Shown in pieces: positions 29,801 to 39,300 of a stretch of 64,000 nt of DNA. The DNA is taken from contig JAFULC010000009.1 in assembly GCA_017483305.1 (NCBI GenBank), positions 7,337-71,336 on the forward strand. Direction: 5' to 3'. The notes beneath the pieces are model-generated. The model saw nothing but the letters and a program-made list of their open reading frames with translations. It did not search any database and was not told the DNA's origin. This DNA comes from Clostridia bacterium (lineage in GTDB: Bacteria; Bacillota; Clostridia; Oscillospirales; CAG-272). The position numbers and the translations under genes were made by a program. Numbering within the stretch: the first letter of the stretch is position 1; every line of letters begins with the position of its first letter.

Positions 29801-30583
29801 TTATCTGCTTTTGAATTTCAGCACGACCTCACGCATGGGCTCGTCGAGATATGAAAGAGCCTTTTTCCTTTCGCCCTCGCTAATGCCGTAATAAGCCTCG
29901 GCAACCGCCCCGCAGATAGCACAAAGCGTATCACTGTCTCCGCCGATCGAAATTCCGTTGCGGATAGCATCCTCAAACGACACAGACTCAAAAAATGCCT
30001 GCATAGCCTGCGGCACCGTGCCCTGACAGGTCTCGTTGAATCGGTAGTTCGGACGTATTTCGTCAAGCGTGAAGTCCATTTCGTAATAGTCGCTTACAAA
30101 ATTCTTTATCTCCTCCACGACTGCACCCGTACGCGCAAGATAGGTTGCCCCCGCGGTTACGACCGCGCCCTTGATGCCCTCGGGGTGATTGTGAGTAACC
30201 TCAGCAGACGCCTTAGCCAAAGCCAGAGCCTCATCGAGAGATCTCGCATACCACGCCACAGGCGAAACTCGCATAGCCGAGCCGTTTCCGTAGCTGCCAT
30301 AAGGCTCTGTCTCCTCAGTCGTCAACCACAAGCCAAAATGACCGCCATAGCTCGCGTAAGGATACTTCTTTCCGTATCTGTGAAAGGTCTTCACCAAGGC
30401 CCTCTTGAATTCTTCCACGTCATTTATCTCATCAAACTGCATAAGTGTATCCGCAAGCGCAACCGTCATCACGGTGTCGTCAGTATATTCGCACAAAGGC
30501 GAAAAAAGCGGAAAATCTTTTGTCTTTATGTTGTCAAATTCGTAAACCGATCCTACGATATCTCCAAAAATTGCACCTATCAT
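29801..30583 (-). CDS. ADP-ribosylglycohydrolase (ARH/DraG family)
   Basis: MIGAIFGDIVGSVYEF...YTDDTVMTVA...GNGSAMRVSP...GGDSDTLCAICG are the family's metal-binding blocks. The start overlaps the upstream stop (ATGA). Confidence 0.85.
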   Translation of the reverse strand: MIGAIFGDIVGSVYEFDNIKTKDFPLFSPLCEYTDDTVMTVALADTLMQFDEINDVEEFKRALVKTFHRYGKKYPYASYGGHFGLWLTTEETEPYGSYGNGSAMRVSPVAWYARSLDEALALAKASAEVTHNHPEGIKGAVVTAGATYLARTGAVVEEIKNFVSDYYEMDFTLDEIRPNYRFNETCQGTVPQAMQAFFESVSFEDAIRNGISIGGDSDTLCAICGAVAEAYYGISEGERKKALSYLDEPMREVVLKFKSR

Positions 30584-31233
30584 TTTTTCTTTCCTCCCTT
30601 GTTAGCCTTATCGATCTTTTTTCTCCAACACGCGTTATCAAGATCACCTCCGTCTCTGAGGGTTACGATCGCATCGCTCATCGTCTCATAGGTAAGCTTA
30701 ACTCCCTTTGAATCCTGACGGTAATTTGCCGCGCGTTCCCTTCTGATTCCAATGCTCTCCGCAGTCTCTACCGCGTCGATATTTGCGGCGAGAAATATAA
30801 ACTCCCAGCCAAGCTCCTCGCGCTGACGCTCGATCTGAGCCTTTACCGTGCGGCTGTCATATCGGTGACTTGCATTCTCCATACCGTCGGTCGTGATAAT
30901 AAAGATCGTATGCTCGGGAACGTCCTCGGGACGCGCGTACTTATGAATGTTTCCGATGTGATGTATCGCGCCGCCGATAGCGTCGAGAAGCGCGGTGCAG
31001 CCCCTGACCTCATAATCCTTACGTGTCATAGGCTCGATCTCACCGATATCCACGCGGTCGTGCAACACCTCGCTGTAATTGTCGAAAAGGACTGTCGAAA
31101 CATAAACCTTACCCTCCTTTTCCTTCTGCTTTTCAATCATAGAATTGAAGCCGCCGATTGTGTCCGCCTCAAAGCCCGACATAGAGCCGCTGCGGTCAAG
31201 AATAAATACGATTTCTGTAATATTGTTTTTCAT
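30580..31233 (-). CDS. Cytoplasmic von Willebrand factor A (vWA) domain protein
   Basis: MIDAS motif FILDRSGSMSG ... GCTAL ... TTDGMEN. 217 aa with no signal peptide. Confidence 0.8.
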   Translation of the reverse strand: MKNNITEIVFILDRSGSMSGFEADTIGGFNSMIEKQKEKEGKVYVSTVLFDNYSEVLHDRVDIGEIEPMTRKDYEVRGCTALLDAIGGAIHHIGNIHKYARPEDVPEHTIFIITTDGMENASHRYDSRTVKAQIERQREELGWEFIFLAANIDAVETAESIGIRRERAANYRQDSKGVKLTYETMSDAIVTLRDGGDLDNACWRKKIDKANKGGKKK

Positions 31234-31240
31234 AATAAAA

Positions 31241-31288
31241 ACCTCCCTTTGCTTTTGTGCTTTAATTATAGCACAAGCAAAAGGAGGT
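31241..31288 (-). promoter_or_regulatory. Long imperfect hairpin whose downstream arm contains the vWA gene SD and whose loop contains TATAAT
   Basis: acctccctttgcttttgtgct (31241-31261) pairs with agcacaagcaaaaggaggt (31270-31288). On the minus strand the hairpin is followed by TTTTTATT-ATG. Confidence 0.5.
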
Positions 31289-31310
31289 GTGGTCGCTCGT
31301 CGGGAGACTT

Positions 31311-32351
31311 TTAAACCCCCAGCGTTACCTGATCAAATTGATACAAGGTCTCGTTAACGTCGAAAATATCCTTATAATTACCCGTCATAATGAAATATTC
31401 AATTATCACGTCGAATTTATTGCTTCTCGAGAGAGACATCCCCACGGTGTTCAGCAGGTGATTGGTCTGTTCAAGGTTCAACCGCAGCGCGATCGCAAAG
31501 GATATCGCTGTGACCTTGCTGGGCTTGTAATTCTTGTTACATTTGATCTTTGAAAAGGTCTTTTTGTCGACGTTGGCACGCTTGTAGCACTCCACGTCCG
31601 AGATCCCCTTTTCATCTATATACCCAAACAGAGTCTCGGCAAAGCCCTTGTCCATTTCTTTTAGCATCTCGTCAAGACTTTTCGCGCTCTCAAAATCACA
31701 TTCGCTCGCAAGCGCGCGGGAGACCGAAAGCGATTCACTTCTGCAAATTTTCGACCGCGTTGACTTACTGTATTCCTCAAAATTGTAACTTTCCCTGAGC
31801 GAATCGTAAAATGGCGCGCGGCACTCCGAATAAGCATCGTCAATAAATGCAGAAACGTCGGAAAACAACCTCTCACTTATCGAATACGCGGTCTTGTCGA
31901 AGACCACGAGATAAATCAGCATCTCATTTTCAAAAAGAAAGTCGCCGATCACGTCCACCGCGATCTTAAGCACCCTGTCCTTTGGAAACCCGAATGTTCC
32001 CGAAGCGATCAGAGGAAATGCCACGCTTTTGCATTTGTTTTTCACGGCAAGCTCAAGGCAAGACGAGTAGCAGGAGCGCAAGATTGCCTCCTCGCCGTAA
32101 TCTCCGCCTTCCCACACGGGTCCTACGGTGTGTATCACGTATTTGCACGGGAGTGAAAACGCGGGAGTTACTACCGCTTGACCCTCCAGAAGATCTCTCT
32201 GCTTCAAGCAGGCGCGGTAAAGCTCCTCACCCGCCGCCTCGTGTATCATCGCATCGACTCCTCCGCCGTGTGAATAATACGTATCGGTAGGATCGACTAT
32301 CGCATCGCATTTTATTTTGGTTATATCCTGTCTGATTATCTTAAGCGGCAC
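31311..32351 (-). CDS. Macro-domain (ADP-ribose-binding/hydrolase) protein with C-terminal HTH-like domain
   Basis: GTG start with a GGAGGTGA SD. DAIVDPTDTYYSHGGGVDAMIHEAAG...VIHTVGPVW...SVAFPLIASGTFGFP are macro-domain blocks. The C-terminal KRANVDKKTFSKIKCNKNYKPSKVTAISFAIALRL looks XRE-HTH-like. Confidence 0.8.
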   Translation of the reverse strand: MPLKIIRQDITKIKCDAIVDPTDTYYSHGGGVDAMIHEAAGEELYRACLKQRDLLEGQAVVTPAFSLPCKYVIHTVGPVWEGGDYGEEAILRSCYSSCLELAVKNKCKSVAFPLIASGTFGFPKDRVLKIAVDVIGDFLFENEMLIYLVVFDKTAYSISERLFSDVSAFIDDAYSECRAPFYDSLRESYNFEEYSKSTRSKICRSESLSVSRALASECDFESAKSLDEMLKEMDKGFAETLFGYIDEKGISDVECYKRANVDKKTFSKIKCNKNYKPSKVTAISFAIALRLNLEQTNHLLNTVGMSLSRSNKFDVIIEYFIMTGNYKDIFDVNETLYQFDQVTLGV

Positions 32352-32490
32352 AGTCTCACCTCCATTCGAAATATACGTGTGCTATCAGATATCCTCGATC
32401 TTGATCAGATTCGTCTTGCCCAACTGACCCACAAATGATCTTGTCTCCGCTTCTATTATACCACGATATTGCAATTAGTTCAATAGAGTT

Positions 32491-32538
32491 TTGCAAAATA
32501 AGCGACCGTCTTTCTCCAAAGGAGAGAGACGGTCGCTT
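32491..32538 (-). terminator. Intrinsic terminator ending the tubulin-like operon
   Basis: Minus strand: AAGCGACCGTCT-ctctcctttggagaa-AGACGGTCGCTT followed by ATTTTG, 17 nt after the cvpA-like stop. Confidence 0.65.
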
Positions 32539-32554
32539 TGTCCGCGCTTATTTA

Positions 32555-33289
32555 TTAACGCAGTGATTTAAGTACGTGACCTATTGCACCAAGCGTATCA
32601 AATTCATTTAGGAACTTGAATACGTAGGATTTTTCATAGATCGTCATTACGCCTGTGCTTGTATCAAACGCAAGCGACACCTGGAATCCCGTGTACAGCA
32701 GGAGTGCAACGCCAAGCGCCGCCATATATCCCACCACAGCACCCGAAACGAATCCGGTAACATGATCGAAGAAGGTCAGAATGACGTGATCGTCACTGCG
32801 GTCAACCTTGCGCTCGATCCACCAGAAGAATACTCTCGGGATCACGAAACAGACGATGTAACCGATGATAGTAGAAACCATCGCGATACAGGGGGTTGCG
32901 ATCTGAATTGCCATACCGTTTAATATCTCGGTGCTGGCCTCGGAATAGCTACCGTACTGTGCCTCAAGCTCCGCAAGACTGATTCCCTGATGATTGAGGA
33001 AGTTTACGAAGTTTTCGGGCAGATTTTCAAACAGCTGCACAAGATCGTAGCCGTTCGCATTTTTCTCAACGATGCTGGTAAGTGTCTTAAGCACTCCGCC
33101 AACGATCCAATCGTGAAGGAACAGGTCTGTAAGCAGGCCCGCAAGCCAAGGACCGAGAATAACCGAGCAGAAAACTGCAAGCCAGGTCTTTCCGATCTTT
33201 CTAACCGTTTTTGCAAATCCGAATTTTGTAAAAATGATTACGAATATCAAAAACAGTACTACGAGTATAGCATCAATTACAATTGACAT
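32555..33289 (-). CDS. cvpA: CvpA-family (colicin V production-like) membrane protein
   Basis: 244 aa, 4-5 TM. The N-terminus MSIVIDAILVVLFLIFVIIFTKFGFAKTVRK is typical of CvpA proteins. SD is GAGAGGAAA. Confidence 0.6.
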   Translation of the reverse strand: MSIVIDAILVVLFLIFVIIFTKFGFAKTVRKIGKTWLAVFCSVILGPWLAGLLTDLFLHDWIVGGVLKTLTSIVEKNANGYDLVQLFENLPENFVNFLNHQGISLAELEAQYGSYSEASTEILNGMAIQIATPCIAMVSTIIGYIVCFVIPRVFFWWIERKVDRSDDHVILTFFDHVTGFVSGAVVGYMAALGVALLLYTGFQVSLAFDTSTGVMTIYEKSYVFKFLNEFDTLGAIGHVLKSLR

Positions 33290-33324
33290 TTCTTTTTCCT
33301 CTCTATCAAATAATAATGCTAAAA

Positions 33325-36300
33325 TTACTTCTTGCTTCTCTTGTCGTTCTTTTTAGGCGACTCGAAAGCAATATAAAGCACACCTGCATCGGTAACGTAG
33401 AATCCGTATCCTCTTTCAAGAAGCTTCTGGGCGTTCTTGCCCTTCTTGCCAAGCTGATTGCGAGCAAGCGCAACCAAACGGGACGCGTTTCCGTTCTTGC
33501 ACAGAGTTTCCATAGCATACTTGGCCTGAGCCTTGGTGCTGAATCTGATTCCGACAACGAAATCACCCATTTCACCAGCGTTATATCTGAGTGCGGATTC
33601 GGAGAGGATACGAACGATCTCCTCTTCCTTGTAGGACTGCAAATATGCGTTGTGGTATCTGAAATACTCGTGGTTGGTATTATGGAACTTCTCAAGAGTC
33701 GGATACAAGGACTCTCTGGGATAGTGGAGAGGCTCCTGACCCTCGGGCGTGCGGATAAATTCCTCGAAAGGAGTACAGCAGTAGTCGTACCAAACCATAT
33801 CCTTCATTCTGTCGCCGCTCTTGGTGTTGGAGGAATCTCCCCAGGTAGCGTCGATATAGTAGCAATACTTGCCTATCTTCAGAATGTTGAATGCGTGGCA
33901 GCTGCCGCCGTCGTTGCTTACACGGCTTATCGTGTAACCGCAAACGATACCTACGGACTGCAACAGATACTGAAGCGCCGCAGCGTATCCCGCACAAACG
34001 ACCTTGTGCTCAACGAGTGCGCTATGCAACGATCTGAGCTTGTCATCCTGCTTTGTATCGCGATCCAATCCCGCGTCAAGACCAATGCCGTCATAATCAA
34101 GCGTCAGAATAAGTCTGCGGTAGATCGTCAGCAATGCCTTGTAAGGATCGGTCTTCTTGGTTATGCCTCTTGTAAAGGTCTTAGCTCCCTTGCGAAGCTC
34201 TGCCCTCTTCTTGTTGATCTGCTTGACGTCAAGCACTCCGTTTGCATTCTTGCAACGGAAATTATGTCTGACGGTCTCGCTGGTGTACATATAGGAGTTC
34301 AGCCAGAAGAGCTCGGGATAGTCACCCTTTATGTAGATAAAGACCTGCTCAAGCTCGGAGTCGGTAATTCCCTTACGGGATATAGGCTCCTCGCTATAGT
34401 TATAAGCGGCTCTCACGAGATCGTTATAAACACGGATCTTAGGATTGGTCTTCTCGTCCTCCTCGTAAGGAACGATGCGCTCACCGGGAGTGCCCTTCTT
34501 CTTAAGCAACGAGGAGAGCTTCTTGCTGCTCTTCTTTTTCTTGTCCTTCTTTTGAGACTTCTTCTTTGCGCTGTCGTCGTCCTCATCGGAGGTCTGATCG
34601 TCGTCAAGAGCGGGATCTCCGTCAACTACGTCATTATCAGTATTCTTATCGTCTTCAACGACCTTGTTGTCATCATCGACAACCTGATCATCGTCAACAA
34701 CAGGCTCTTCATCCACGACAGTATCGTCCTTTTTCTTCTTTTTAAAGAGATCGCGCAGAGAGAACTTCTTCTTTTCCTTCTTTTTCTTGGTGTCCTTATC
34801 GTCCTCCTCGGGAGTCTGATCGCCATCAACCACGTCATCAGTGACGGTGTTATCCTCATCGGAGATTTCGTCCTCGGCATCGCCAAGAAGCTCGTCAAAG
34901 TCTGTCTCGTTAGGCGCATTGATGTTATCGGTCATGAGATCGTTCGAGAATTCGCCGTCTCCGACATCATCCTCTTCCTCATCTCCGTCCTCGTCCTCGG
35001 GAAGCTCCTCCTCCCTGCCGTCCTCTGCCTTCTGATTGCGCAAATAACGCTTCCAGAATCTCGGAACCTTGTTGGGATCGTAGAGTCCGTCGGAGTAGTC
35101 CTCGTCGGTCTCATCCTCACCGTCATCCGACTGACCTCCGCCAAGCTCCTCGTACTTCATACGCAGGAAGCTGAAGCTGGTTCTTCTCGGACGGTCGGCA
35201 TCATTTACGGTGTCCTTCTTATCTTCGCTCTTTTCTTCGTCCTTATCCTTGGGAGTTTCGTTGGTATCCTCCTCGGTATTTTCATCCGACTCAGGAGTCT
35301 CGTCCGTGGATTCGTCCCCCGAATCCTTCTTCTCGTCAAGATCGTTGCAAGCTATATACTCCGCGATCTCGTCGAGCTTGGATTTAATAGTGACGTCGAG
35401 AGCCTCGAGTATCCAGTCTGCCGACTCGTCTTTTCCGATCGAGCGCAGATACAGAAGCTCCTCGTAATAGAGCTGAGCCGCCGCATAGTCGATCATAAGC
35501 TGATTATCCGACTGCCACATTCCGATAAGACCTCTGAGCAAGGACACACGGACGTTGGTAATAGGATCGTCGCGCTCGACGAATACGGTACGCTCGGTTG
35601 TATCCAAGCGATAATAATATTCACTGAGCGACTGCTCCTCCTTAAGATCGCCAACGGGATCAAACGCGGATTTAAGCACACCGATAGAGATCTCAGGATA
35701 AGTCTTCTTGAGATATTCTCTCATTTCGGCAAGCATATCGTCGAGCTTGTCGGGATCGTCAACTGTCTCGAAGCAATCAGCACAAATATAACGATTGTTA
35801 TCAAAGAGCGAATATCTGCCGCTCTCCATAACCTTGTGACAGAATGCACAACGCTTGGGCTTTTCGTCCTCAATATCGTCTCCCGCGGTCTCAACGTCGT
35901 GCTCTCCGAGGTCGGAAAGAAGGAGGTTGTATCCCTCGAGGAGCTTACAGCAGCCCTCAAGATCATAGCACTCGGGCAACTGATCGCCGCCGAAATAGAT
36001 GTAATGCTCAAGCTTAGGTCTTATCTTCAGCCAGTGGAGGTAGGAGTAGATATTTGCAAGGAATTCCTGCATATATCTTCCCGAAGGGTCATAAAGCCAA
36101 TCGAAAACGCCAACGTCCTCAAAGCAATCGTTAATAACGAAGAAGGTGATGCGGTTGGGATCGGTCTCGATGAACTCCTCACCGGGATGCTTCAGATAAG
36201 GATAAAGTGCCTTGATATGCTCTATCTCGGTCTCAGGCTCGACCGTTTCATCAAACGGCAGAGGCTCTGCAAGCACGGGACAGAAGGATATACAATGGTA

Positions 36301-39300
36301 AGATTTCGGGAAGATCGTTTTTGCGAACTCGTTGAATGCAGCAGCAAGGAGCAATCTCATGCCGTCCGTACACTCCATACGGGTCTCAAACTCGACCTTG
36401 AGAATACGTCCGTCGCCGATCTGTCTGGTGTGAGGATGCGGCACGTGGGGATTACCGTCGATACCGTCCTTGTGATAGAAGTCAAGAGTCTGCTTGTCGC
36501 TCGTAAGACCGTAGAAGCCGTACGTCTCGCCGATAAACTTGGCCTGACACTTGGTAACACGGATCTCCTCAAGCATAAGCTTTGTGTTGTGAAGAATACC
36601 GACCTTCTCGAAAGGAACGACCGAATCAACGCTGTATCTACGGAGATGAACGGTATCAAGACAGTTGCGGAGCTTGACGTTTTCGTGTCTGAGACAGATA
36701 ACGCGTCCGTCTGCCGAAATATGCTCGATCTCATACTCAGCGTTGTTATAAAGTATGCTCTGTCCAACGATATATTCAAGATGAACGCGACTCGGGAAGG
36801 AATCGAGCACACCGATGGTCTTATCGTTAAGACGAAGCTCAACGCGATCGTTGCAGTGAAGCAGACGGTCGAGAATCTCATGCATTCTGTTGAATACGAT
36901 GGTCTTCTCCTTCGTCAGCGTGTAGGAATCGACCTTTGCGGGATCGATAACGAGGTAAAAGTCCTTCGCACGATGTCCGATACTCTCTGCGAAGCATCTG
37001 TTCTCCTCCTGCTCGCTGTAATAAATGTCGGTGTCGCAGAGACCTGCAACAAGATATGCGGCAAGCTCACCGAGCTTAAGCTCATTTACAGGCTTACTTG
37101 CAACCAGACGCTTACAGAATACGGAGGAAATAATATCTCCTCTTTCAAGGCTGAAGGTGATGACCTCTCGCATCTTCTTCTCAAAATCCTTGACAAGAAT
37201 ACCGCCGTCGAGATCGAAGCTACAGAAAACGCGCATCAAGGAGAGCTTGTGGCGCTCAATATGCTCGGTAACTCTGGGCTGGATGAACGAAGAACGGTTG
37301 ATAAAGTCCTCCGTAGCCATCTTGGAGATATAGTATTCACGGAGCAAGTAGGGCTTGCTCAGAATGTGAACTATCGACTTTTTCTTTCCACGGAAACGTG
37401 TGCAGGCATAGATCGATGCAGAAAGGTTGCATCTGTGGTCCGAGTAGACCATGTAGTTTACGTCGGCAACGTCGCGGTGGAATTTATTGATCTCAACGTT
37501 GTGGCTTGCGAGTATCTTCTTCTCTGCGTGGTCGAGAGGAGATTCCGTGATAACTCTTACACCGTCAACGTTGTATTTGAAAGCAAGATTTGCGATGATA
37601 AACTCAAGGCTGGTCAGCTTCTGACCGTACTTGCTATAAATTCTGTGGCTCTTACTCTCCTTGTTCCACAGAACGTAGGATACCGACTCGTTTTCCTTTG
37701 CGCTACTGAAGGATAGCACGTGCTCAACGCCAAAGAATTTGGGCAGGCTGCTCGCCGCAAAGCCCTGATAGTAGTCGAGAGTAAGGAATGCGAATCTGAT
37801 ACGTCCCTCGGTAGCCTTAATAAGACTGTTGGAGATAAGCGAGCAGAGGTAGCTGTCGAACGAAATAACGCGGTCAGCATCAACGAATATTGCATCGGAT
37901 ACCTCTTCAAAGAACGCAGGATATCTCGAAACCATAGCTCCGTCGCGGAAATCCTGAGGCGACGCTATAAGTATGTCTGCCTGATCAAGTCTCTCCTCGG
38001 AGGTGTAAACTCGCCAGTTATGCGCCGCGGAGCTACCCGTGAGTCTCATAAGACGCTCGCAGATAAATCTGCGAAGGGTTATTCTCTCCTCGGGGTCCTC
38101 GACTACGAAGATCAAACGCTCGCCCGAAAGCAGACGTATGTACGTATATGCAACCAGATATTCACCCAGCTCGGAATAGAAGGACGCCGCAAAATAGACG
38201 TGCTCGTCGTTAAACATAGCGTCGATGCACTCCATATAGCTCTCTACGGTGTGTCCCGCATAAGAATCCATCTGCTTACGGATGTATTCGAGAGCACTTG
38301 CGTAGGTGCTGCTGGTAGGCTTATACTTGGTTACCTTGTCACGCTTTGCCTCGGGATAGTAGCGCAAAGAGTGCTCGCCGTCAAAGCGTTTTTTGAGCTC
38401 GGAGAGGACCTTGCGAAGACGCGCCTCAAGCTTATTGTCGGCAACGGCCTTCTTTTCCTCCTCCTTCTTCTCTTCCTCCTCTTCCTCAGGCTTCGCGGTA
38501 TTGAAAATATTGCAAAGCTCCTGAAGGAAAATTACCGAGAATACGGGATACAGATACCAATCGCCTATCTTAAATACGTTTATAAGCATATCGTAGAGCA
38601 TCTTCGGCAACGGGAAGAAGACCGAAAGAAGAACTACGCCTATAAAGAACAGATACAGGATCTCAACAAGCACAATAAAGCACTGGAGAACCATTCTCGT
38701 GCGAACTACCCAGCTGCGCGCGTACTGGAACTGGTCTCCCTCAAAGAAGAGACCCAAGAAGAACGAGGATACGGGACCGTAAAGCTTTTCCTCAGGCTCG
38801 TTTTTGTCCTCACCGTCGCCCTCGGTGCCCTCGGGCTTCTCCTCATCCGTCTCCTCCTCGTCATCATCGTCCTCAAGAGTATGAAGGAACATGGCGATTC
38901 GGTTGTTCTTGCGCTTCTTTTTGCTGTCCTCCTCGGAGGGTGTTTCCTCCTCGGTGACCTCGGCTGCCTCTTGATCCTTTTTCTTGTCAAGATGCTTTTT
39001 GGTAAGCTTGAACAAGGGATCGACAACAAGCTTCTTAAGCAATATCTTAAGGAATACGAATGCATAAAGAGCAAGAAGATTTACGATCACAAGCTTGATC
39101 GCGAAAATGATGAAATCCACCTGCGAATTCAAGGAATTGACCGCATTCGTGATCAGCTTACCGACAAACGGTATTCCGCCGATAAACGCCGAAAGCTTAT
39201 TGAAAAGCGAGAAGATTATTGCAAATACAATAAACTCAACGGCAATAAGAATAAGGAAAAATACGTTTTTTCTGTTATGCGGCGTGTGATACTTTACCGA

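Noticed and set aside
31311-32351. Macro-domain protein as the DarG antitoxin of a DarT-DarG system.
   Set aside because: No DarT-like (DUF4433-type ART) gene is adjacent. The neighbours are a vWA protein and an ARH, and the C-terminal half looks like an HTH rather than a DarT-binding domain.
33283-37716. A 1477-aa ORF on the plus strand, together with 37720..39354 (+, 544 aa) and 39609..40796 (+, 395 aa).
   Set aside because: These are antisense shadows of the giant minus-strand genes. They have no SD or start context and an L/V/I/S/R-rich low-information composition with no motifs. The opposite strand carries recognisable domains (transglutaminase triad, TM helices) and operon structure. 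Stop-free antisense frames arise when the coding strand avoids TTA/CTA/TCA codons.
36900-38300. Calling the core of the 2026-aa protein an active DEAD/DEAH helicase.
   Set aside because: No GxGK(T/S) Walker A is present anywhere in the region, and the motif II position reads VDAD. Only the motif order and spacing look helicase-like, so I describe it as a degenerate helicase-like scaffold pending profile or structure searches.
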